Positions 28,349 through 36,896 of a stretch of DNA of 64,000 nt are shown here, piece after piece. Origin of the DNA: an uncultured Clostridia bacterium. GTDB taxonomy: Bacteria > Bacillota > Clostridia > Oscillospirales > CAG-272. Location of the stretch: NCBI GenBank assembly GCA_948466345.1, contig CAOKAC010000004.1, positions 135,178 through 199,177 of the forward strand, given 5' to 3'. The notes beneath the pieces are model-generated. The model was not told where the DNA came from and did no database searches. It saw only the letters and a list, made by a program, of their open reading frames with translations. Position 1 is the first letter of the stretch; each line of letters starts with the position of its first letter. The position numbers were made by a program, and so were the translations under genes.

Positions 28349-30142
28349 TTATACTTTGGTGATATTCTTAATAAAATCCTGAAGACGGGCGAGATCAGAG
28401 GGCTTACAACCTGCAAGCCATGAGGCGCTGTACTCGGTAAGCCATGCATCAAAATCCGTCTGAAGCATGTGGCCGTCCAGGAACCTTTCGACTTTGTTGA
28501 CATAAAGATACATTCTGTTCATCAGTGCAACACCTCTTGCTGCCAAAATAAGATCGCTGATTCTTTTATCTGTTGTATCCAACATCCGCATTTCATCTAT
28601 GACCTGTCTGCACAGTTCCAGTCCATTTATGCCCTCCTGCGGATTATAGTCCGCATTGTCATGAGATGGAAGCTTTTCATTCTTTCCCTCCAGTGTATTT
28701 GCGCTGTGCCAGATAATAAAATTGCTCCATGAGCAGGCGGCGGAGGCTTTACTGAGCTTTCGTAACATGTCCGCTATATTATAATCTTTTATATCGTACA
28801 TGAGTAAGGTAGCAGCTTTTTCAAATTCCGTATCCGTTGGGGCATCCGTATTCCAGCTTTTCTGGGCGCCGAAAAGAGCGCCATACAAATTGCAGTTGAA
28901 GGAACAGATATGCCCAAAATCGCCCCAGTTGGTGTTGAGGATACCGAGAGCACCGTATTTTTTTGCATGCGCTGCAAACGCAGAGATATTGCCTGTAGAT
29001 ATGTCGATATCCTCGACAAAGTTATCCCAGCAGGCGGTGCCAGGGCATACAAGTTGTCTAAATCCCAGATCATAGTAAAATTTTGGTATCCATTCGTTGA
29101 CATGTTTGTGATAGCACCAGTTGAGGATAATTGTATCCTTGGGAACACGCTCCTTTGCTGCTTCAGGTCTTGCCATACATTCATCGCCCCATATCATGGG
29201 TGTTTTACCATGGGCTTTTACTATTGTGATCAGCTTGTCAAGGTGATGAAAGTATGCCTCACCCTTATCCTTCCCCTGATTTTTTTCATTGCACAGATCA
29301 ATCGTTTCATCGCAGCAGATATTAACATATTTGGATCGAAACAGTGGCATGTACTGTTCCAGCATACTTCCTATGACTTGTATGGTTTTGGGATTATATA
29401 CGTCCACTGTGTGATGCCATTGTCGCTCAAGCCAGTAGTTTCTTGTCATTTTATGGCGCCCTAATTCGGAAATATCACAGTACCTATCGCTTTGAAGCAG
29501 AGTGAAAAGGTGACCGAAGGTAGCGAGAGAGGGTACAAGATCTATAAATCGATTATAGCAGTATTCATCAAGCTCCAGAATTTCCTCCGGCGTAAGGGCA
29601 TTTTCTTCTGTTGCAATTCCTTCCAGTTCCTTAAAGATAAAGGCATCCTCGACATATAGCTGAAGAGAATTCATTTTGAAGTAGGCGAGCATATCCGCTA
29701 TTTTTTTTAGGGTTTCAAGCCGGCATACTCTGCCTCTGGAAATGTCATGAAAAAAGCCTCTGTAAGGAAAATCCGGAGAATCATTTATTTGGCAGCACGG
29801 AACAGAACAGCCGTGGACTTTTATAAGCTGCCGCAAAGTCTGTATGCCATAAAAGGCGCCGGCAGGTCCTTCTGCCGTAATCTGGATATATCGCTCGTCC
29901 ACACGGAGCATGTAGCCTTCACCGCTGCCGCCATGGGTGATCACTATGCCTCTGTTTTTTTCTTTTGACGAGGTAACAGGAACGTATGATCGGGTGAGCA
30001 CTTCAATTTCTCTGCAAAGGGTTCGGGCAGCAGTTACCACTCTTTTGTCAGTAGCGGAATCTAGATATACCGAAAGCTCCTGGACGAGAAAGCGGCCGCT
30101 GTATTCTTCTATGGTTCTGGGGGATGGAATGAGATGAATCAT
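28349..30142 (-). CDS. Glycoside hydrolase family 20-like (beta-N-acetylhexosaminidase-like), cytoplasmic
   Basis: 597 aa with no signal peptide. INDSPDFPYRGFFHDISRGRV matches the GH20 D.P.F.YRG..LD..R signature at the barrel start. VNICCDE sits at the position of the catalytic H.GGDE. Confidence 0.7.
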   Translation of the reverse strand: MIHLIPSPRTIEEYSGRFLVQELSVYLDSATDKRVVTAARTLCREIEVLTRSYVPVTSSKEKNRGIVITHGGSGEGYMLRVDERYIQITAEGPAGAFYGIQTLRQLIKVHGCSVPCCQINDSPDFPYRGFFHDISRGRVCRLETLKKIADMLAYFKMNSLQLYVEDAFIFKELEGIATEENALTPEEILELDEYCYNRFIDLVPSLATFGHLFTLLQSDRYCDISELGRHKMTRNYWLERQWHHTVDVYNPKTIQVIGSMLEQYMPLFRSKYVNICCDETIDLCNEKNQGKDKGEAYFHHLDKLITIVKAHGKTPMIWGDECMARPEAAKERVPKDTIILNWCYHKHVNEWIPKFYYDLGFRQLVCPGTACWDNFVEDIDISTGNISAFAAHAKKYGALGILNTNWGDFGHICSFNCNLYGALFGAQKSWNTDAPTDTEFEKAATLLMYDIKDYNIADMLRKLSKASAACSWSNFIIWHSANTLEGKNEKLPSHDNADYNPQEGINGLELCRQVIDEMRMLDTTDKRISDLILAARGVALMNRMYLYVNKVERFLDGHMLQTDFDAWLTEYSASWLAGCKPSDLARLQDFIKNITKV

Positions 30143-30308
30143 ACTGAATTATCCTTTGAACAGGTAATTTACTAAATTTTTTCTATCATATCATACCTGA
30201 AAATAGAAATACAAGTATTTAGAAAAATATTTGCAGTAAATTTTATGATGTCTTTCTGCGAAACGCCGGCATTTATAGAATATCTTGTGAATTTGGCATG
30301 TGAAAATA

Positions 30309-30339
30309 CAAAAAAGTCCGATTTTATCGGACTTTTTTG
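30309..30339. terminator. Symmetric hairpin at the edge of the AT-rich islet
   Basis: AAAAA-AGTCCGAT-ttt-ATCGGACT-TTTTT. It could terminate the minus-strand small ORFs. Confidence 0.6.
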
Positions 30340-30506
30340 TTATCCTCATTTTGGTGCCTGTGAAGAAGAAGTCGAATAACTTTTCTTACAAACATTAATA
30401 GGCAGTAATAATTACTAACTAATATAAATATAGCATGATTTTATAATTTTAGGAACAAAAACAGACTAATTTTTATAAATTAATCTGCTCGAAAAATTGT
30501 AATTTG

Positions 30507-30824
30507 TTATTTACTTTTTTTTATATCAATTAATTTGAATATATTTATGAATATTAAAACTAATGATATTATAAATAAAGCAAGTATTATCCAAGGTTCT
30601 ATCCTTTTATCAATAGTAGCAGTTTGTATCATAAATTCCCAATCTGTTCCTCCAAATACGAAATTATCTTTTTTCAAACACCATAATGAAGTTATGATAG
30701 GAACAATAATGGTCAATATCAATTGAATAATTCCTATCTTTTTATTTCCTTTTATAAGAGTAAGAACACCTGATACAAGACCTAGTCCTGTTATAAATCC
30801 AATTACCCAATCCATAATATTCAC
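30507..30824 (-). CDS. Small 3-TM membrane protein, no recognisable family
   Basis: 105 aa with three hydrophobic segments and a KKSK tail. It lies in very AT-rich DNA, so coding status rests on ORF length and TM periodicity only. Confidence 0.5.
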   Translation of the reverse strand: MNIMDWVIGFITGLGLVSGVLTLIKGNKKIGIIQLILTIIVPIITSLWCLKKDNFVFGGTDWEFMIQTATIDKRIEPWIILALFIISLVLIFINIFKLIDIKKSK

Positions 30825-30928
30825 CTCACTTTCAAATTACTATTTATATAATAGTTTTGATAACTTAATTATATCAACTTTTTCCAGTATAATCACCTAG
30901 TCTCTGTGATTATTAAATAATTAAAATT

Positions 30929-31176
30929 AGGATGAAATACTATAGAATTTGATAATATCTAAAAAAGCAGGATAAGAAACTTACACATTAATACTAAGCT
31001 TTTCCTTATTTCATAAGGGTTTAGTATTGTGTAAGACTGATTTTGCACTTGCAAAATTTATCCTACTTTATAGGTTGATATTAAGGATGAATGATTATTT
31101 TTCTCTTATAATTAAAGAGTTCTATATCTTATATTTTCATCCTATTTTGGTATTTTTGATAAATTTAGTAGGATGA
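30929..31176. repeat. Dispersed AGGATGA / AGGATAA motif array in the spacer between the two orphan ORFs
   Basis: AGGATGA runs direct at 30929, 31084 and 31170, and inverted (TCATCCT) at 31137. AGGATAA runs direct at 30969 and inverted at 31059. The 8-bp arms TCATCCTA (31137-31144) and TAGGATGA (31169-31176) form an inverted pair. Confidence 0.6.
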
Positions 31177-31217
31177 TTAGACAAAATCATCTTCCTTATA
31201 AATATTTCTTATTTTTC

Positions 31218-31487
31218 CTAATAATTCTTTAAATATTCTTCTAAATCTCTAAGTTTAATTCTTTTGTTATAACCATTTACAAATATGTCATTACACTCAT
31301 CAAATAGCAAATAGTCATTACCATTAACTTTTAAAATATGTGGTTTTGTATAGGCAATATTAGTAGATTTAATATTGATAATACTTCCATTAATTAGTTC
31401 ATACTTAACACAAGCAAATCTACATACCATATCTACTTTCTTTCTTAATTCCTCACTTATTATAAGTTTTTTAGTTTTTATTGTCAT
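31218..31487 (-). CDS. Hypothetical 89-aa protein, no recognisable family
   Basis: An ORF in AT-rich DNA with a GAGAGTGA RBS-like element upstream. I recognise no motifs. Confidence 0.45.
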   Translation of the reverse strand: MTIKTKKLIISEELRKKVDMVCRFACVKYELINGSIINIKSTNIAYTKPHILKVNGNDYLLFDECNDIFVNGYNKRIKLRDLEEYLKNY

Positions 31488-31516
31488 ATATAATCACTCT
31501 CACTTTCTTTGAAACA

Positions 31517-31542
31517 ATAAAAAACTAACTATCTCTAGTTAG
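31517..31542 (-). terminator. Terminator of tRNA-Leu
   Basis: On the minus strand: CTAACTA-gaga-TAGTTAG followed by TTTTTT. Confidence 0.7.
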
Positions 31543-31584
31543 TAATTTATTACTTACTCGAAAAGTTCGAGTTTCCTATCTATA

Positions 31585-31668
<84 letters not shown>

Positions 31669-31687
31669 ATATAAGCTTTACTATATT

Positions 31688-31716
31688 ATTTTATCATTTT
31701 ATTAGAGAAATGTCAA
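31688..31716 (-). promoter_or_regulatory. Promoter of tRNA-Leu
   Basis: On the minus strand: TTGACA (31716-31711), a 17-nt spacer ending in TGa, then TAAAAT (31693-31688). Confidence 0.6.
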
Positions 31717-31746
31717 GCTCTCATAGTTTTCTTTTTCATTTATAGA

Positions 31747-31775
31747 TTGACAAAAACTGCGGTTCTCGCTATAAT
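31747..31775 (+). promoter_or_regulatory. Consensus sigma-A promoter of the folT-folC operon
   Basis: TTGACA (31747-31752), a 17-nt spacer, then TATAAT (31770-31775). Confidence 0.75.
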
Positions 31776-31815
31776 AAATATGGCCTGTCTAAGAGAGACT
31801 GTAACAATTTCATTT

Positions 31816-31911
31816 GAAGAGTAAGAAACAGCGCGTGAAGTGCCGTGCGTACGGGGAGTTGACACACGGACGAAAAGCTATGCTTGCGGTGGTGTTTCTG
31901 CATCCCGCTTC
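31816..31911 (+). promoter_or_regulatory. THF (tetrahydrofolate) riboswitch
   Basis: GAAGAGUAAGAAACAGCGCGUGAAGUGCCGUGCGUACGGGGAGUUGACACACGGACGAAAAGCUAUGCUUGCGGUGGUGUUUCUGCAUCCCGCUUC. It shares the conserved blocks AGAGUA, GCGUnAAGUG, ACGAA, GCGGUG and UGCAUCC and the P1/P2/P3 pairings with the Eubacterium siraeum THF aptamer as I remember it. It lies upstream of a folate ECF S-component. Confidence 0.88.
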
Positions 31912-31987
31912 AAACGGCTTAGTCAGAATGGGCATATTTGCGCCTTCTTTCCCTGCCGCGTGAACGTCGGGGTAAAGGAGGTTTTTT

Positions 31988-32542
31988 ATGTCTAAAAGTA
32001 AAAGGTCTTTATTTGGTAATATTCGTGTGTTATGTGCTGTTGCATTGTTGACAGCTTGCGCCGCGGTTATTGCCCTCTTTTGCAAATCCTTCACCTTAAC
32101 GCCCTATCTTCGGATTACCTTTGAAAATTTGCCCATTATTCTAACCGGGTATCTTTTCGGGCCATGGGCCGGACTTGCCGCCGGGCTTGCATCGGATATT
32201 TTGAATACACTAGTGACATATGGTCCTGGCCAGTTGAATCCAATTTTAACACTGGGCGCCGGAATTGTCGGCTTTTCTGCTGGTGCGGTTGGCCGGTGGA
32301 TTTTTCCGAAAAGGGGAGTGCTGCAGCTATCGCTCAGCGTAGCGGCGGCGCATATAGCGGGGAATATGATTGTAAAGTCCGTCGGGTTAATGATTTATTT
32401 TGGCTATTCACTTCCATTGGTTTTACCTCGCGTTCCCTTATATATCTGTATTGGAATAATTGAATTCATCTTCCTATACTTACTGCTGTGCAGCAAAGGA
32501 ATCAATAAAATAGTTGGAGCGATTTGTGATCATGACGTATAA
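31988..32542 (+). CDS. folT: Folate-family ECF transporter S component
   Basis: 184 aa with about 6 TM segments and the motif ITFENLPIILTGYLFGPWAGL. It follows a THF riboswitch and precedes folC. Confidence 0.8.
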   Translation: MSKSKRSLFGNIRVLCAVALLTACAAVIALFCKSFTLTPYLRITFENLPIILTGYLFGPWAGLAAGLASDILNTLVTYGPGQLNPILTLGAGIVGFSAGAVGRWIFPKRGVLQLSLSVAAAHIAGNMIVKSVGLMIYFGYSLPLVLPRVPLYICIGIIEFIFLYLLLCSKGINKIVGAICDHDV

Positions 32543-33809
32543 TGAGGCAATTGCATACATTCATTCAATCTGCTGGCGGGGAAGCCGGCCTGGACTGGAG
32601 CGTATCGGCGTACTTTGCGATTTGTTGGGAAATCCACAAGACGCCTTATCATTCATACATGTAGCGGGAACAAATGGAAAAGGTTCAGTCTGCGCTATGC
32701 TGGCAGAAATTTGTCAGCATGCCGGATATCGCACCGGAATGTTCACTTCTCCCTATGTACGCCAGTTTAATGAGCGCATATCTGTAGACGGGACTCCAAT
32801 TTCCAACAGTCGTCTTGCGGAGATTATTGCTCGGGTCCGTCCTGTGGCGGAGAGTATGGAGGATCCTCCTACCGAATTTGAACTGATCACAGCGGCTGCC
32901 TTTTTGTATTTTTGCGAGGAACATTGTCAGCTCGTAATTCTGGAAACAGGTCTGGGTGGACGTCTGGACTCTACCAACATTATTAAAACGCCTGTTGCGA
33001 CTGTAATTACCGGCATCGGACTGGATCATACGGCGCAGCTTGGATCGACGATTGCAGAAATTGCAGAAGAAAAGGCCGGTATTATTAAGCCAGGCTGTCC
33101 GGTAATTCTTGGGAGCAGTGAGGATGAGGTGCAGCGGGTTGTGGGAGAGAAGGCGAATTTGGAAAGCGCTCCCATTCATTTTGTGCATTTTGATAAGCTG
33201 CATATAGACGAGATTTCTCTGGAAGGAACTCGATTTTTCATTACAGGAGAACGACAGCCATATCATATGCAGCTGCTTGGAAAGTATCAGCCTAGAAATG
33301 CGATTATTGCCATAGAGACTGCACGCGTGTTGGGCTTTTCGGAGAAAAGTATTCGTGTTGGAATAGAAAACGCCCGCTGGCCGGCTCGATTTGAAATATT
33401 ACAGCAGGATCCTCTTGTTATTTTTGATGGAGGACATAATCCATTGGGAGTCGACGCTGTGGTGGATACGGTAAAGGTACTATTTTCCGGTAAAGTGCAT
33501 GTGCTAACTGGAGTAATGGCGGACAAAGAGTATATTTCCATGGCTATGCAGCTGCAGGAAATAGCTGCAAGCGTATTTTGTGTTACACCTGACAATCCGC
33601 GTGCGCTGGATGCGGAGGAATATGCAGTTGTTTTTGCAAAAGCGGGTATGCCTGCCAGACCTGTTAAAAATATGGAAGATGGACTGGAAGCAGCGATGCA
33701 GAAGGCCAGAAGCGATGGCCGCCCGCTGCTGATCGTTGGCAGTCTTTATATGTATAAGGATGTGAGGGAATCCTTGGAGTATTTGGAACAGAAGAGAAAA
33801 ATGCAGTAA
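32532..33809 (+). CDS. folC: Folylpolyglutamate synthase / dihydrofolate synthase
   Basis: I prefer ATG 32532 (MTYNEAIAYIHS). The P-loop HVAGTNGKGS, the LETGLGGRLDSTN motif and the Mur-ligase-type C-terminal domain are present. Confidence 0.92.
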   Translation: MTYNEAIAYIHSICWRGSRPGLERIGVLCDLLGNPQDALSFIHVAGTNGKGSVCAMLAEICQHAGYRTGMFTSPYVRQFNERISVDGTPISNSRLAEIIARVRPVAESMEDPPTEFELITAAAFLYFCEEHCQLVILETGLGGRLDSTNIIKTPVATVITGIGLDHTAQLGSTIAEIAEEKAGIIKPGCPVILGSSEDEVQRVVGEKANLESAPIHFVHFDKLHIDEISLEGTRFFITGERQPYHMQLLGKYQPRNAIIAIETARVLGFSEKSIRVGIENARWPARFEILQQDPLVIFDGGHNPLGVDAVVDTVKVLFSGKVHVLTGVMADKEYISMAMQLQEIAASVFCVTPDNPRALDAEEYAVVFAKAGMPARPVKNMEDGLEAAMQKARSDGRPLLIVGSLYMYKDVRESLEYLEQKRKMQ

Positions 33810-33840
33810 TAAAAAAGCCTTCTAACGGAAGGCTTTTTTA
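33810..33840. terminator. Bidirectional terminator between convergent folC and the FGGY kinase gene
   Basis: AAAAAA-GCCTTC-taacg-GAAGGC-TTTTTT. Confidence 0.85.
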
Positions 33841-33860
33841 TTTAACATAAAAGTTATTTT

Positions 33861-35321
33861 TTATAACAGTTTTTGTATCAACGCACGATAGTGCATTCCT
33901 TTTTCATGATAAAAATCATACATATTAGGATCCGACAGTTCAAGCTTGTGGCTTTTCACCATAGCGCTGCGGCAGGCATTGAAATTGTTATATACGCCAA
34001 GTCCTACAAAGGCAATCATGGCGGCACCAAGACAACAGGTTTCCGGTTCGCAGGGCCGGTATATTTCGCATCCGGTAACATATCCAACGATTTCGCTCCA
34101 AACATCGCTGCGAGCGGCGCCGCCCGTCATCATCAGCTTGCCGATATGCATGCCTTGATTGGCAAACTGTTCTAATACGATTGAGGCCTCAAACGCTACC
34201 CCCTCCATTACTGCGCGGGCAATGTGATACCGATCATGACCTGCATCCAGACCGAACATGGCACCTCGTAGATCTGTTCGATTATGGGGAAAGCCAGCTC
34301 CCAGTACATAGGGAAGTACAAAAAGCTCTTTTGCATCCAGTGCGCGGGTAGCGGCTTCCTTGTCCATTGCCTGAAAATCCGCGTTTACGATATCTTTATA
34401 CCAGTTAAGTGCGCTGCCAGCGCTGACCAGAGAAGCCATAGCTCCATATTTGCCCTGCACAGGATGAATACCGGGACAGATGTGATTGTCGGTATACAAG
34501 AGGCGCTCTGTTATGCCCAGCACTACCCATGTAGTGCCTGTAGCCAGAAGCATGTCGCCAGTGTCAGCAGCGCCGGATCCAATAGAGGCACAGTACTGAT
34601 CATGCGCGCCGTTGTATACGGTTACTTTGGGGGAAAGACCCAGTGCTGCAGCTGCTTCTTTAGTAAGCGTACCTACTATACTGCCGACCGGCAGCACCTT
34701 TGGCAGACGCGCAGAGGAAATGCCCAACAAATTTAGAATTTCGTTGTCCCATGTACCGCTTTCCATATTGAACAGCTGGCGGATAGCTGCGTTTGTAGGG
34801 TCAATGCAGTTGTTGCCGGTCAGCTTTAAATTGATATATTCCAGTGTGGAGATAAAAGTATCAGCCGCTGCAAAAGTCGTTGGATCATGTTTTTGCATCC
34901 ATAGGATTTTTGCAGCATCTAGAGAAGGATTGGGAAGCCACCCGCATTTGCGGTAAACAGCTTCCTTCCCGATAGTTTCTGAAAGAACAGCGGCTTCCTT
35001 TTTTGCCCGGGTATCCATCCAGGTGATGACCGAGGACAGGGGTGTTCCGTCTCTGCGGGCCGCCAGCATACTGGCGCCTTGGGTAGAAATGCCGATAGCG
35101 CGCACATCCGATGCATTTACGGATTGAAGAGCTGTGCGTATAGCACATACGGCAGCGTCCCACCAATCTTCTGCATTCTGCGTCACGCATCCTTCTCGGC
35201 TGATGAGAGCATATCCCTGATAGCCGGAGGATAAAACGGTTCCTTTTTCATCAACAACAATGGCCTTTGTTCCTGTAGTTCCTACGTCAAGTCCAATTAC
35301 AAGCATATGATTGTGTCCCAA
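33861..35321 (-). CDS. FGGY-family carbohydrate kinase (xylulokinase/glycerol-kinase-like), substrate unknown
   Basis: 486 aa. The N-terminal LVIGLDVGTTGTKAIVVDEKG and the C-terminal GGAARSDVW motif are typical of FGGY kinases. The start could instead be the Met at 35306. Confidence 0.85.
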   Translation of the reverse strand: MGHNHMLVIGLDVGTTGTKAIVVDEKGTVLSSGYQGYALISREGCVTQNAEDWWDAAVCAIRTALQSVNASDVRAIGISTQGASMLAARRDGTPLSSVITWMDTRAKKEAAVLSETIGKEAVYRKCGWLPNPSLDAAKILWMQKHDPTTFAAADTFISTLEYINLKLTGNNCIDPTNAAIRQLFNMESGTWDNEILNLLGISSARLPKVLPVGSIVGTLTKEAAAALGLSPKVTVYNGAHDQYCASIGSGAADTGDMLLATGTTWVVLGITERLLYTDNHICPGIHPVQGKYGAMASLVSAGSALNWYKDIVNADFQAMDKEAATRALDAKELFVLPYVLGAGFPHNRTDLRGAMFGLDAGHDRYHIARAVMEGVAFEASIVLEQFANQGMHIGKLMMTGGAARSDVWSEIVGYVTGCEIYRPCEPETCCLGAAMIAFVGLGVYNNFNACRSAMVKSHKLELSDPNMYDFYHEKGMHYRALIQKLL

Positions 35322-35326
35322 TTTTT

Positions 35327-36865
35327 TTATTTGGAGAGAAGTGTATCAATGGTGTCTACGATATAATCCATAGTTGCCTCGCTGGCGATGATCGGCGGCT
35401 TCATAAGCATAGCAGGCAGGCAGTTTGCCTTATAAATCTGCGCGGAAGCATCAATGCAAGCGATTTTCATTTTTTCTGCAAAGGCGGCAGCATCATCTAC
35501 GGTATGGAAGTGCAGGGCGACCAGATGGGCTTCTCCTTCTACATCCAAAATGATATTGCTGTGTTTTTCCATAACTTTCCGCAAGCCAACTTCAAACCGA
35601 CTGCCAATTCGTTCAATCTCTGCTCCGTTGGCTTGCATGAAGATCATCGTAATAAGATAAGCCAGAGACGCCAGCTCTTCCTGGCCGTTGGTTACCAGAG
35701 CTCCAAACTGGTTCAAAGTATCCATGGGTGCGGTGGTAATAATTTTGGATGCAGGATATTCGCCTCCGGGGAAGCCTTTGCCGACAATGGAAAAGTCCGG
35801 CTGCAATCCATACAGGCGGAACAGGAATGCCCCTTTATACCACATACAGGACTGAATTTCATCGCACATAGTGGGAGTATCATATTCCTGGCAGAGCGCG
35901 TATGCGCCCTGAAGAAATTCTTTAGTCAGCCGAATCCCGCCATAGTTCATCAAGATAATTTCATGAGCGAATCCAGCGGTTTTGTAGTTGCCGGTATTGT
36001 ATTTTTTCATTTTGGCTTCAAAATCGGCCAGATCATTGATGGTTACTGGAACCACCTTGTATAATTCGGCCTCACCTGCTTTGCCTCGGAACTCGGGCCA
36101 AAGCCCACGCAGCGATTGGGCAAGGATGGATGTTCCGTGATAGTTGCCCTCTACTCCGCCGTTTTTGTCGCCGATGATAAAGAATACAGGGGTTTTCCCG
36201 GCGTATTTGGGCGTGTCGAAAGTGTTGTCTAATTTGTAAAACCGGGTCAGCATCATTTTTAGTCCGGCCTCGCAGGCAACCGAACCGGTTTCCAGATTGA
36301 TAACACGGTTGAGCACGTGTTCTTCTTTAGAATCCAAAACTTTTTTTGTAGCAGCGTCATCGTCCCAAGAAATACCGTTGGCCATCTGGACGATGCGTTT
36401 TTCCATCAGACGGGTAATATACCCGCGAGTGTTATTGTGAGTCGCGTTCAAAATACCGATTTTACGAGCGTTGTCAATCAGCTTATAGCCGTCAAACCGA
36501 TGTCCCAGAGGTGTGTGATAGTGCTCGCTTTTGCCTAGCAGATACAGTTTGCCGTCCTCGCCTATTCGGTAGTTGCAGAATCCGGTAACGGGGGACATTT
36601 TTGTGTTGGTTGCCTTCATAAAGGAGTCGGTTCCGGCACCTAGCTCGCCGCTGTCATAGGCAGGCATGATCTGCGTTCCTACTTTGGCAAGCATTTGATC
36701 ATTTTTTAGCTGCTTTTCCTGGGGATAAAAGTCAATTTTTTCGTTTGCTACGGCCATAGTATCATCGTAGGACATTATACCGAGAGCGTCATTGGCACGT
36801 GCAACTGCAGTGGTGTAGTCCTTTCCTAGAATATCGGAAAGGGAAAGCTTGGGTGAATGGAACAT
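35327..36865 (-). CDS. Atypical class-III aminotransferase-fold PLP enzyme with a roughly 100-aa N-terminal extension
   Basis: 512 aa. ETGSVACEAGLKM, NYHGTS, CDEIQSC and SIVGKGFPGGEYPAS align with the class-III motifs SGSEA, YHG.T, DEVQTG and the PLP-Lys segment .AK.l.gG.P. Confidence 0.6.
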   Translation of the reverse strand: MFHSPKLSLSDILGKDYTTAVARANDALGIMSYDDTMAVANEKIDFYPQEKQLKNDQMLAKVGTQIMPAYDSGELGAGTDSFMKATNTKMSPVTGFCNYRIGEDGKLYLLGKSEHYHTPLGHRFDGYKLIDNARKIGILNATHNNTRGYITRLMEKRIVQMANGISWDDDAATKKVLDSKEEHVLNRVINLETGSVACEAGLKMMLTRFYKLDNTFDTPKYAGKTPVFFIIGDKNGGVEGNYHGTSILAQSLRGLWPEFRGKAGEAELYKVVPVTINDLADFEAKMKKYNTGNYKTAGFAHEIILMNYGGIRLTKEFLQGAYALCQEYDTPTMCDEIQSCMWYKGAFLFRLYGLQPDFSIVGKGFPGGEYPASKIITTAPMDTLNQFGALVTNGQEELASLAYLITMIFMQANGAEIERIGSRFEVGLRKVMEKHSNIILDVEGEAHLVALHFHTVDDAAAFAEKMKIACIDASAQIYKANCLPAMLMKPPIIASEATMDYIVDTIDTLLSK

Positions 36866-36896
36866 AATATGTATACCTCCGTGGTAAATAGATTAT

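Noticed and set aside
30352-30363. TGGTGCCTGTGA at the far edge of the AT-rich islet resembles the tRNA-Leu 3' end on the same strand (TGGTGCAGGCGA at 31585), so it might be an att-site duplicate.
   Set aside because: Only 9 of 12 positions match, with no similarity beyond that. The tRNA's own terminator (31517-31542) is intact and no integrase is present. This is too weak to call a direct repeat.
31087-31176. A 29-aa hydrophobic sORF (MNDYFSLIIKEFYILYFHPILVFLINLVG) that starts and ends inside AGGATGA motifs, a possible type-I toxin or leader peptide.
   Set aside because: The only SD-like sequence abuts the ATG with zero spacing, there is no supporting promoter, and AT-rich DNA yields such ORFs by chance. 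I keep it only as a note under the motif-array finding.
23200-31584. Possibility that the whole 23.2-31.6 kb stretch is one genomic island or mobile element.
   Set aside because: No integrase, transposase, recombinase, conjugation or phage genes and no flanking direct repeats were found. The GH20-like gene in the middle has intermediate, core-like composition. I therefore report two separate AT-rich patches rather than one mobile element.
31810-32094. A 94-aa minus-strand ORF.
   Set aside because: It overlaps the THF riboswitch and the 5' end of folT on the opposite strand and has no independent support.
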